From the IMG/VR virus record IMGVR_UViG_2061766007_000920: a stretch of DNA of 59,769 nt, one strand, 5' to 3'. Below are positions 43,869 to 53,160 of this stretch, piece after piece. The first letter of the stretch is position 1. Each line of letters opens with the position of its first letter. The notes below the pieces were generated by a model, which saw only the letters and a program-made list of their open reading frames with translations, was not told the origin of the DNA and searched no databases. A program made the translations under genes and the position numbers. This DNA comes from an uncultured virus (IMG/VR IMGVR_UViG_2061766007_000920). Lineage: Duplodnaviria > Heunggongvirae > Uroviricota > Caudoviricetes.

Positions 43869-44780
43869 ATGAAAAACTTTAAGGAAATGATTTCAGAAAT
43901 CACAACAAACGCAATGGCAGAGATTGAGGTAAACGAAACAATCAATCTTGTAAATGACGAGCAGAACGCACTCGACAAAGCACTTGCACGTCTTGAATCA
44001 ATGGACACAGACGTTCTTGCAAGAGCTAAAGAGGATGCAAACGCAGTTGACGGTCACACACGTTACTACGATGTAATGAGTGGTTATGATTCACAGTACA
44101 TGAATCGAAATGATTGGAGAGTTGCAAGAAAGATACGCAACAATTCAGCTTACAACATTCGTAAAGAGAACTACGAAGCAGAACAGAAAGCTAAGTTTGA
44201 ATATGATTTGGTTCAAGCAGGAGTTAAGAAAGCTACAATAGCAAAGATAAAGAAACATAAGAGTTTGCCTAATGCAACATATGTAAAGATTGACAAAAAG
44301 GTTTACACTAAGGATTATAAGCCTAGTAACAGCTCATTTGAAACAGTAAGAGTTGTTGACTACAAGATATATCACAAAGCAATCGTTCTTGAGGTTGCAT
44401 CGGCAGACGCAGAACGAATCACAAGTTACTTCGACGATATGATTAACGAGTACAATGCAAAGCGTGATGTTTACTTCGATGTAGATAAACGTAACGAATC
44501 AACTTATCATGTCGTATTCAGATATGAGCCTTTTGATAGGTTCGGTAAGCCGAACAAATACGACGGAATCATGCAGTTACGTAACTTCTTAAATCAGCAG
44601 AAGTTCATAACACAGCAAAAGCCAGTTCGAGTTGGTGAGTATCTCGAAATCCTCAAAGGTAACAAGGTAAACCTTCCACTTTCGATGGTTTACAACTACA
44701 CAGAGAAATCCGATAAACTCACTGTTTATAAGGTTTACGGCAACTTTGAAGAGTTCGACAAGGAGCTTCGCGCTGAATAG
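43869..44780 (+). CDS. hypothetical protein, first gene of the right arm
   Basis: 303-aa ORF, RBS GAAAGGAG, followed by its own terminator. Confidence 0.85.
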   Translation: MKNFKEMISEITTNAMAEIEVNETINLVNDEQNALDKALARLESMDTDVLARAKEDANAVDGHTRYYDVMSGYDSQYMNRNDWRVARKIRNNSAYNIRKENYEAEQKAKFEYDLVQAGVKKATIAKIKKHKSLPNATYVKIDKKVYTKDYKPSNSSFETVRVVDYKIYHKAIVLEVASADAERITSYFDDMINEYNAKRDVYFDVDKRNESTYHVVFRYEPFDRFGKPNKYDGIMQLRNFLNQQKFITQQKPVRVGEYLEILKGNKVNLPLSMVYNYTEKSDKLTVYKVYGNFEEFDKELRAE

Positions 44781-44788
44781 TATAAATC

Positions 44789-44820
44789 GCCTAGAGGTTA
44801 ACAGCCTCTAGGCTTTTTTT
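44789..44820 (+). terminator. intrinsic terminator
   Basis: GCCTAGAGG-TTAACAG-CCTCTAGGC-TTTTTTT. Confidence 0.9.
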
Positions 44821-44864
44821 ATGCCAGTTTACCTAGTGTATCGAAATTTAATAATGCTCTTGTG

Positions 44865-44950
44865 CCACTCCACTCCATTTCAGTCAAGAGACGCTTCGCT
44901 TCTGCTCTTGACTTCCATTCCGCTACATGGCGAGTAAATGTTGTACTTAA
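44865..44950 (+). promoter_or_regulatory. repeated leader motif, copy A
   Basis: CACTCC-AGTCAAGAG...CTCTTGACT-CGCTACATGG...TGTACTTA; homologous to 46361 and 53052. Confidence 0.55.
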
Positions 44951-44971
44951 TAAAACGAAAGGAGCAAACGA

Positions 44972-45121
44972 ATGGCACAAATCGAAATTATATATAACGA
45001 AGAAAAGAATACATACAATCTCATAAAAGACGGTGAATGGTACGCCGAGGGGGATTATGAATACATCGAAAAGATGGTTGAGAATATACGCAAATGCGAA
45101 ATAGAAGAGGAGGAAAAATAA
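44972..45121 (+). CDS. small acidic protein (49 aa, not in ORF track)
   Basis: RBS GAAAGGAG; MAQIEIIYNEEKN...EEEEK. Confidence 0.6.
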   Translation: MAQIEIIYNEEKNTYNLIKDGEWYAEGDYEYIEKMVENIRKCEIEEEEK

Positions 45122-45498
45122 TGGCAAAAATATTAGTTGAAATACCAGACACACAATACAACAACATTATGAGCATTAGTTCGCTTAATCTTGGGCAGAT
45201 TCCATATAAGGGCATTGTTATGTATGCAATAAATGGAATTAAAAATGGAACAATACTTCCAGATAACGATACAGACGGAACAATCAAAGTACTAGAACAA
45301 GAGCCATTTATAAACAAGGCATGTGTATCGACAAAAATATGCAAACATGACAAAGCAGTTGCTCTTAAGAAACTGAAAGCAGAGATTGAGAAGAAGCACA
45401 CAAAGGCAAAACAGGCAACTTCAGTATTACAAATGAACGCATACACAGATTGTTTGCAGATGATAGACAATCTATTAGAGGAGGCAGAAAATGATTAA
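45121..45498 (+). CDS. small modular phage protein
   Basis: MAKILVEIPD / IKNGTILP / IKVLEQEP / KLKAEIEK modules. Confidence 0.7.
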   Translation: MAKILVEIPDTQYNNIMSISSLNLGQIPYKGIVMYAINGIKNGTILPDNDTDGTIKVLEQEPFINKACVSTKICKHDKAVALKKLKAEIEKKHTKAKQATSVLQMNAYTDCLQMIDNLLEEAEND

Positions 45499-45707
45499 GC
45501 GAAAGAAACCAGTGCGAATAGGAATCCTAAGAACAGATGATTTTATAGTAATCAAAATCACAATATTCAATAAGAGCAGATGGAAATGGATAAGGCGTGA
45601 TGCGATGGAATGCGCTATGTTCTGCGTGGCAATAACGCTAATAACAATTTTCTTGCTGAAATGTTTATTACAAATAAATCAATGGTAGAAAGATAGAAAG
45701 GAGAGCC

Positions 45708-45887
45708 ATGGCAACTATATACACACGTTCAATCAATGGAGTGAAAATCCGCTTCGGAAAGTATTCCGACAATGATTATGTAATCTATGTCGGAAACAGG
45801 TTATATGCAGAGATTGACAACTTGGCAGACGCAAACAGGGAATATAACAATGTGGATGAACGAGTTGTCAAGTATCTGGGTATGTAA
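45708..45887 (+). CDS. small hypothetical protein (59 aa, not in ORF track)
   Basis: RBS GAAAGGAG, open frame MATIYTRSING...YLGM. Confidence 0.55.
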   Translation: MATIYTRSINGVKIRFGKYSDNDYVIYVGNRLYAEIDNLADANREYNNVDERVVKYLGM

Positions 45888-46360
45888 CAGCTTCGCTGTG
45901 TTAAGGAATACAGGAAGAATAGTGTCTACGACGCAAAAATGAAAAATAAAAAATCGAAAAAGTGAAGGAGGTAAAAAATGAACATAGTTAACGTTCTAAA
46001 CTTGTATAAGAGATTATACAAGGAAACAGAAGTCAAGGTTGAGAATCACAACATGCGGATTATCGACGAAAAGACAGGATTAAATTACATAGTAGATAAA
46101 GAGAGCGATATTCCAAAGATATTCTCGACAATAGGCAGGATGAGGACGGATTTAATGATGACGTAGAAAGAAGGTAATATGGAGGAATTATTCACAACAA
46201 AAGGAAAAGGTGAAGAATTAAAAGCAATTTACCAAGACAATAAATTTAAAGTTGTGTTTGTATACCCAGACGGCTCAAGATATGAAGCAGACGAAACAAA
46301 TGATGTTTCAACTCTGGTTGAATCATACAACTTTTGGGGATTGCTTACAGGCTTATTTAA

Positions 46361-46436
46361 CACTCCAATCGAAAGTAGTCAAGTTGAAAAGCACTTGACA
46401 ACTTCCTCATTACGTGTTGATGAGAAGATGTAATTT
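46361..46436 (+). promoter_or_regulatory. repeated leader motif, copy B
   Basis: CACTCC...AGTAGTCAAGTTGAAAAGCACTTGACAACT...TACGTG...TGTAATTT. Confidence 0.6.
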
Positions 46437-46465
46437 AAAAAAGAATCAAAAAAGGAGAATAAAAA

Positions 46466-46840
46466 ATGAAAAACGAAGAAGCAATTATGCAGATGAGAGT
46501 AAACCTTATGAGAAATAGACAGATTGGAACGACAGGAAGAAAGATGATGTGGCAGGATGTGGATGGAAACGAGATTGAGATTGATGAACCCGCTGAAATC
46601 CATACATATGCAGGATGGAAGAAGCTCGGATATCAAGTGCCGACAGGAACAAAAGCAAGAATCTTTATTCCTATCTGGAACTCGATTACACTTGGAGACG
46701 GTTCAACATCAATGATGCAGTCAAACAGAGCATTCTTCACGCCAGAACAGGTACAAAGAATCGAAGAAGAAGTAAACAATGTGCTTGAAGTGCAGAATGC
46801 AGGAGCGATGGAAGAGTTGAAAGATATGGCAATCAATTAA
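46466..46840 (+). CDS. ArdC N-terminal-like ssDNA-binding protein
   Basis: HTYAGWKKLGYQVPTGTKA...IPIW...FFTPEQV. Confidence 0.65.
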   Translation: MKNEEAIMQMRVNLMRNRQIGTTGRKMMWQDVDGNEIEIDEPAEIHTYAGWKKLGYQVPTGTKARIFIPIWNSITLGDGSTSMMQSNRAFFTPEQVQRIEEEVNNVLEVQNAGAMEELKDMAIN

Positions 46841-46844
46841 GAAA

Positions 46845-46982
46845 ATATGCGGTGGCGGAATAGAAGTCTTCAAAAGAGAAGATGATACATGCATTATGCA
46901 TAGTGTAGACGCTTATACTCGTAAGAAGCTTGGTTCGAGAATATCATGGCTTCATGTAAGGTGCAAATCCTTACCCGCATAT
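46845..46982 (+). ncRNA. tRNA-like RNA (copy 6) with ~41-nt insert in the D-loop
   Basis: ATATGCGG-TG-GCGGAATAG[insert]GTAGACGC...CAT-GTAAGG TGCAAAT CCTTAC-CCGCATAT. Confidence 0.75.
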
Positions 46983-47074
46983 GGTGCTGTGGTGGCGGAA
47001 AGAGGTAGACGCAACGCTGACGAGCGTGACAGATGATTCATGTAAGGTTCAAATCCTTACCCACAGCATCACCA
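46983..47074 (+). ncRNA. tRNA-like RNA (copy 7), tetraloop instead of anticodon loop, ends in ACCA
   Basis: GGTGCTGTGG-TG-GCGGAAAGAGGTAGACGC-A-ACGCT GACG AGCGT...CAT-GTAAGG TTCAAAT CCTTAC-CCACAGCATC-ACCA. Confidence 0.8.
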
Positions 47075-47106
47075 GAAATGGTGAACATAGTAAATCTTCT
47101 TTCAAA

Positions 47107-47214
47107 AGACCGTGATGATGGAAAGGGTAGACAAAATTAAGCGGATTGCTTAATGGATAAGTGCAAAAGCGGAAAAAGCTTATCATGCAAGGTTCAAATC
47201 CTTGCTCACGGTTT
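47107..47214 (+). ncRNA. tRNA-like RNA (copy 8)
   Basis: AGACCGTGA-TG-ATGGAAAGGGTAGACAA-ATTAAGC GGATT GCTTAAT-GATAAG...CTTATC-AT-GCAAGG TTCAAAT CCTTGC-TCACGGTTT; compensatory change in the T-stem. Confidence 0.7.
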
Positions 47215-47607
47215 AAAAAAAATAAAAAGAGAGGAAGAAAAGATGAAAATAATAAGAAAAGATAAAAAAGAGAAGATTTTCGGAAACTTACTAATAGGAA
47301 CTGTATTTACAACAGAAAACAACGAGTTATGTTTGAAGGTGCAGGATAGCGACATAATAGATAACGCATACGATTTAGAAAAAAAGAAAATTATATATGT
47401 AGCGCCATTTGAGAAAGTAGTAGAGAAAAAAGCAAAGATAATAATAGGAGAATAAATATGAAATACAAAATAGAATACAAAGATAAAGAAAAAATAAAAA
47501 GAGCAGAAATAGAAGCGAAGGATATGAAAGAGGCAAAAGAAAAGGCATTGGTAAAATACGGACATGAAACAATGTCAATAGAAGAAAAATAAAAAAGAGG
47601 GAGAAAA

Positions 47608-48519
47608 ATGATAGGATATAAAGCATTTAATATGGATTTGACATGTAGAGATATGCAGTACGAAATAGGTAAGGAATATGTTTTTGAAGGCAAGCCAATA
47701 GCGTGCAAACAAGGGTTTCATTTTTGTGACACAATAGCTGAGTGTTATCAATTCTACCCAATGTCAAGCAGTACAAGGATATGCAAAATAGAAGCAAGCG
47801 GCGATATTGTAAAAGATGGACAGAAATATATAACAAATAAAATCAAGATTATTGAAGAAATAACCAAAGAGAATATTAAGAAAGGCAATAACGGCTATAA
47901 TAATAGCGGCTATAGGAATGAAGGTCATTATAACAGCGGAGAATGCAACAACGGCGCATATAACAGTGGCGATATGAATAGCGGAAACAACAACAGCGGA
48001 AATAGAAATGTTGGAAGTTTTAACAGTGGAGCAATTAATATAGGTCAAGGTAACAGTGGAGATAATAATATAGGAAATTTAAACAGCGGAAATGAAAATA
48101 TAGGATATAAAAATAGTGGCAATCATAATACTGGTGATTGTAACAGCGGCGAGTGGAATAGCGGGAATTATAACAGCGGGTTATTTAACACAGAAATGAA
48201 GCCAACAATGAAGATGTTTGATAAAGAATCTTCATGGACATATAGTGATTGGTATAAAAGCCAAGCAAAAAGAATAATGGATAGATGTCCAAATAGTTAC
48301 ACGCAATTTGTCTTTGTAGAAGATATGACAGAAGAAGAAAAAGAAAATCATCCAGAATATAAAACAATAGGCGGCTTTATAGAAACAGTCAAAATAACAA
48401 AAGAAGAGAGACAAGGGTGGTGGGATAACCTTGGTGAAAAAGATAAGAATGAAATAAAGGCTCTCCCGAATTTTGATGAAAAGAAGTTCTGTGAATGTGT
48501 CGGAATAGAACATATTTAA
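47608..48519 (+). CDS. phage protein with N-terminal YKAF..CR..QY domain and NSGxx pentapeptide repeats
   Basis: GYKAFNMDLTCRDMQYEIGK...CKQGFHFC; about 20 NxGxx repeats. Confidence 0.8.
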   Translation: MIGYKAFNMDLTCRDMQYEIGKEYVFEGKPIACKQGFHFCDTIAECYQFYPMSSSTRICKIEASGDIVKDGQKYITNKIKIIEEITKENIKKGNNGYNNSGYRNEGHYNSGECNNGAYNSGDMNSGNNNSGNRNVGSFNSGAINIGQGNSGDNNIGNLNSGNENIGYKNSGNHNTGDCNSGEWNSGNYNSGLFNTEMKPTMKMFDKESSWTYSDWYKSQAKRIMDRCPNSYTQFVFVEDMTEEEKENHPEYKTIGGFIETVKITKEERQGWWDNLGEKDKNEIKALPNFDEKKFCECVGIEHI

Positions 48520-48537
48520 AGAAAGTGAGGATGATAA

Positions 48538-48999
48538 ATGAAAAAATATATAGCTGTCTTAGAGCTTGAAGACGAAGATGAGATTTTTGATGCAAAAGTG
48601 TCATACATTTACAACAGCAATGGCATGAATTACACAGTAACAGAAAGCGTTGAACTTAAAGAAGAAAGCGAGAATGCAAAGAACAAAACATACGAGGATG
48701 GATTGAATGAAGCGTGGGAGCTTGCAAGAGATATCATCACATTACCCAATAGTGGAAATAAGAGCCTTACATGGGTAAGGCATAACGTGTTCGGAACTGA
48801 TGCATTATTTGACCTTATAATGAATTATTCAGCATCCGAAATAATTAAAAAGATTAAGGAATATGAAGAAATTGTAGTGGGTGATGAAATTATAGATAAA
48901 TACGGATGGAAAAGCGTCGTAACAAACAAGGACACATACAATGGAATTACGATTATGTTTTCTGATGGTACATCTAACGAATTATGCCAAAAAAAGTAA
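48538..48999 (+). CDS. YEDGLNEAW-module protein; C-terminus continues in -1 frame to 49070
   Basis: paralog of 49281-49664; A AAA AAG TAA at its end. Confidence 0.7.
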   Translation: MKKYIAVLELEDEDEIFDAKVSYIYNSNGMNYTVTESVELKEESENAKNKTYEDGLNEAWELARDIITLPNSGNKSLTWVRHNVFGTDALFDLIMNYSASEIIKKIKEYEEIVVGDEIIDKYGWKSVVTNKDTYNGITIMFSDGTSNELCQKK

Positions 49000-49280
49000 G
49001 TGATTTCAAGAAAACAGGAAGACACTTCCCAGAAATAGAAGAAATATTAAAGAGGATGAAGGAGGATTGAGCATGAAGAAGAGCGAAATAAAAAAGGTAA
49101 CAAACAATGAATTGATAACGGAGTATGTAAGAACATATTCCCTTCGTGATGTAAACTGGATATCGGGAAGAGGAACAGAACGTTTAAGCAGACAGTGCAA
49201 AGACTTAGAAAGGGAACTTATATCACGCGGAATATTAACGACGGAAGATGTTAATTATTTGAATAGATAAGGAGAAAAAA

Positions 49281-49664
49281 ATGAAATCATATGAAGACGG
49301 GCTAAATGAAGCTTGGAGAACCGCAAGAAAGATAGCATGTGCAATAAACGCCTACGGCGGCTCAAGAACGGAAGTAGAAAAAATATTTGACAGCATTTCA
49401 ATAAGCAATATTCTTTGCACAAACACGGCATCCGAAGCAATAGCAAAGATAAAGAAGTATGAAGAAATAAAAGTAGGCGACGAAGTTGTTAATGTTACAG
49501 GAAAGAAAAGCGTTGTAGTGCAAGTGGAAGGCTTGGTTATAACAATAGTAGAAAGTGACGGTATTGTAGGTAGATGGTCAAAAGAGGACTTCCAAAAGAC
49601 AGGACGGCATTACACGCAGATAGAAGAAGTATTAAAACAGATGAAGGAGGGCGAAGATGAGTAA
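49281..49664 (+). CDS. YEDGLNEAW-module protein
   Basis: KSYEDGLNEAW...ASEAIAKIKKYEEIKVGDEV...DFQKTGRH. Confidence 0.75.
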   Translation: MKSYEDGLNEAWRTARKIACAINAYGGSRTEVEKIFDSISISNILCTNTASEAIAKIKKYEEIKVGDEVVNVTGKKSVVVQVEGLVITIVESDGIVGRWSKEDFQKTGRHYTQIEEVLKQMKEGEDE

Positions 49665-51074
49665 AACACATTTAAGAGCAATAGCACGACATTTGATAGG
49701 CAAGGTGTTAGGACTTAAGGTGGCGGCGAAAAACATAGATATAGAAGAATACGAGGGAATTTTCGTAATACCAGAATACCTTGTTTTCTCAATCAAAGGT
49801 GTTGAAACAGTTAAATATACATTAAGAGAACAGCCAAACGGCAAATATAGATTTTACATCAATGGAGCATTTGTATGTAGGTTAGAATTTTCTGATTTTG
49901 AGGTTGAATAATCTATGAGCGAAGAACTTTTTGAGATATTTATAGAAATGTTAGAAGAGGCATTTATGATACAAGATAAGACAGAAGACGAGGGGTAGAA
50001 AATGGGAAGAAAAAGAAAAAAAATAAAAAAGAAGATGAAAATAAAAGAGATTCTATTTGAAGAATCATATTTTGTTTCACCAATAAAATATTTTTATTAT
50101 TATCAAAAGCTGGTTAAAAGATATGGTGATAAGTTTGATAAAAGCATTGTGAAATTATGGGGCATAAAGTGATGAAAAGGTGAAAATAATGGCAAATACA
50201 TTAATCAAAATAGTAGGCACATTAATGATTATAGATGCAATAGCATTCATAGCAGAAATAATAAGAACAATAATACGTGGAGAGAAAGAAATGAAAGAAG
50301 AAAAGCCATATATAATAGAAACGGTTACGATACAAAAGAAGAAATATAATCCAAATTACGGAGATAATAGAATGTGTGTATGTGGGCATACATATTACAG
50401 ACATTTTGACCCATGGAACGACATGGAAGCTGTAGGATGTAAGTATTGTGGGTGTCAAGAATTTGTAGAAGCAAAAAGTGAGAAATATATAAACTTTGCA
50501 GATGATTAAATCCCTATTATGAATGAGACAGAAAGTGAGGAACAAGATGATAATAGAAGAAATAATACACACTGAGCCAGAAGATATTCCAAAAGACTAT
50601 TGTTACGATGCAGAAACACCAGATTTTTACGTATACAGACACAAATACACAGGAAAGGAAATTCATATAGCAAAGAATCCAAAGACATACACATACATTA
50701 ACGTACAAAAAGTATAAACAAGGTTCTTGACAAGATAAGAGAAGAGATTAAACAAGAAGCATATGAATGTGGTCTGAATCTTGTATCAGTTAATCGGGTT
50801 GATAGAATTATTCGTAGATACAAAACAGAAAGCGAGGATAAGAAATGACAAGAGGAAAATACACAAGAGACATCTATTTCATCCCGACAATTCTATACCA
50901 TGACGGAGATGGAATATATGCAAGCATAGAATTTGCATGGTTGAAATGGTATATAGGTTTCAGTTGGTTTTGGATGACAAAAAATGAAGCTGAACAAATG
51001 TATGAACTAGGCAGATATAAAGGAATGAAAAAAGCTTTGAAAATTATTAAAAAATACAAGGAGAGAATAGAAAA

Positions 51075-51326
51075 ATGACAAGAGAAGAAGTAATAGATTT
51101 GCTAAAAAAAGATAAATCACAAAGAGGAAAATGTTTTGTATCTGATGCGCTTGATATAGCAATAAACGTACTGGAACAAGAGTATGATATTGACAAGATA
51201 AAAGCAGAGATAAAGCACCGTTCAGAGCATTTCATCAATGAAAATGGAGAAGATTGTTTAGCATTATATGAAGATGATGTTATTGAAATTCTTACAAAGT
51301 ATATAAAAAGAGAGGAAAAGGGATGA
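51075..51326 (+). CDS. small modular phage protein
   Basis: MTREEVI / ALDIAINVLEQE / DKIKAEI modules. Confidence 0.7.
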   Translation: MTREEVIDLLKKDKSQRGKCFVSDALDIAINVLEQEYDIDKIKAEIKHRSEHFINENGEDCLALYEDDVIEILTKYIKREEKG

Positions 51327-51508
51327 TAAAACATGTGGGATTTGTCGCATTAAAACAGAAACCAGAAAGAGAAGGACATTGGATTGATAATCATAACGGA
51401 ACAATTTCATGTAGTAGCTGTCAGACATGGTTTCACAAAGATGATAGATATTCATATATGCATTATTGTCCTAATTGCAATGCAAAAATGACAGAAAGAG
51501 AGGGCTAA
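51323..51508 (+). CDS. small Zn-ribbon modular protein
   Basis: GHWID...CSSCQ...YCPNCNAKM. Confidence 0.7.
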   Translation: MIKHVGFVALKQKPEREGHWIDNHNGTISCSSCQTWFHKDDRYSYMHYCPNCNAKMTEREG

Positions 51509-51890
51509 AATGAGAAATGAGTTAATCAAAACACTTGAAAATATGATGAATGGCGATGCTGTGAGCGATATTAAAGCATTTAATGATTTTACAGAGGACT
51601 TCATTGAATATATGAAAGATATGTATGACATGGAATCAAGCGAAGTAATGAGCGAATGCGGGTTAGTATGTTGGAGCGGCAGAAAGTGAGGAATAAATGA
51701 CAGTAAGAGAACTGATAAACAAACTCTTAGATAGACCAATGGACGATGAGGTAATGCTGTGCTACTACAAGGAACATATAGACAAATATGGAGAAAAATG
51801 CAGTGGATATTGTTTCGGAATTGATGATGTGAAAAAAAGTGAAATCATATTCACAGATTGGAGAGATGAAAAAGAAAGCGAGGACAAATA

Positions 51891-52205
51891 ATGGCAGAGA
51901 TAGTATTAAAGATACCAAAAGAATTTGAAGAGGATTTCAACAAAGATAAATTCAGAGAGTGCTTTATGCGTGTATTATTTGACTGTAAAGCATGGGATTA
52001 CGCAGGAATAAGCGGAAATTATGAACATGAAACACTTGATATGATAGTTAAAGCATTCAATAAAGCAGTCGTTCTACCAAAAGGACATGGAAGATTAATT
52101 GATGCTGATGCATTACCATTAAATGCTATTGATGATGCAAACTATGGAAGTAACTATATCAGAATAGCACCAACAATCATAGAGGCAGATAAGGAGGATG
52201 AGTAA
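51891..52205 (+). CDS. RLIDADAL-module protein
   Basis: LPKGHGRLIDADAL...APTIIEAD. Confidence 0.75.
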   Translation: MAEIVLKIPKEFEEDFNKDKFRECFMRVLFDCKAWDYAGISGNYEHETLDMIVKAFNKAVVLPKGHGRLIDADALPLNAIDDANYGSNYIRIAPTIIEADKEDE

Positions 52206-52510
52206 TGGCGGATATAGAACTGATAATTAAGATACCCGAAGAAGATTACAAAAGGCTTGTGTATATGGACATATTTAGATTACAAGGATACATAAAAAAC
52301 GGCGTTGCGCTTCCAAAAAGGCATGGAAGAATAGGTGATTTAGACCAACTTATCCAAACTATGAAAGAGCGCAACGATGATAATGGCGGTGAACCGTTAA
52401 ACGCTGTAGATAGAGGTTATGATTTAGCTTATCAACACATGGTTAAAGAAGTTAAAGAGTGTGTAATCATAGAAACAGATAAGGAGAAAGAAAATGAGAG
52501 TGATAGTTAG
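52205..52510 (+). CDS. RLIDADAL-module paralog
   Basis: IKIPEE...LPKRHGRIGDLD...IIETDKE. Confidence 0.75.
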   Translation: MADIELIIKIPEEDYKRLVYMDIFRLQGYIKNGVALPKRHGRIGDLDQLIQTMKERNDDNGGEPLNAVDRGYDLAYQHMVKEVKECVIIETDKEKENESDS

Positions 52511-52796
52511 GATTCCAGACACAAATGAAAACGAAGACCATTTTATGTTGGGAAAAATAAGAATGCCGAATGACGGTGATAAATTCGGTGAAATAGCAGT
52601 AAATGCATTTAAGTACGGAAAGCCGCTTCCAAAAACAGGAAGGTTAATTGATGCAGATGCACTGATAAAACACATCAAAAATCTACCTAAATGTCCTAAT
52701 GGGCATTCACAAGTATATGACGAAGCTATGATTATTAACATAATTGAAGATGAACCAGTAATCATAGAAGCAGATAAGGAGAAAAACAATGAATGA
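52494..52796 (+). CDS. RLIDADAL-module paralog
   Basis: VRIPD...LPKTGRLIDADAL...IIEADKE. Confidence 0.75.
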   Translation: MRVIVRIPDTNENEDHFMLGKIRMPNDGDKFGEIAVNAFKYGKPLPKTGRLIDADALIKHIKNLPKCPNGHSQVYDEAMIINIIEDEPVIIEADKEKNNE

Positions 52797-53051
52797 TTTA
52801 GGATTCGGAAGCTGTACAACAAGAGAACTTGAAGCGCTATGTGCAACTGTAGGTGTAAGTGAAAACATATCACAAGAAATGTTTAAAGAAATACAGACAA
52901 ATGCAGAAAAGATATGGAGAAAAGCAGTAGATGAGTTTGATAAATATTTAGAATCTAAAAATCTTGAATGTTGCATGGGATTGATTATCCAAAAATAAAA
53001 AGGGGTAGAAAAAATGAAAAGAGAAAAGATAGACGATACATAGAATAGTTA

Positions 53052-53120
53052 CCACTCCGCTCACGAGTTGTCAAGTTGAAAAGCACTTGACTACTCGTTC
53101 ACTACATGGTTTGTAATTAT
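53052..53120 (+). promoter_or_regulatory. repeated leader motif, copy C
   Basis: CCACTCC...AGTTGTCAAGTTGAAAAGCACTTGACTACT...CACTACATGG-TTTGTAATTAT. Confidence 0.6.
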
Positions 53121-53160
53121 CATCAATTTAAAATTATTAAATTTAAAGGAGATTTCAAAA

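Noticed and set aside
47880..48190. AAYAGYGG repeats as a DNA repeat element or DGR variable region
   Set aside because: They encode NSGxx pentapeptide repeats with synonymous variation; no reverse transcriptase or template/variable repeat pair was seen.
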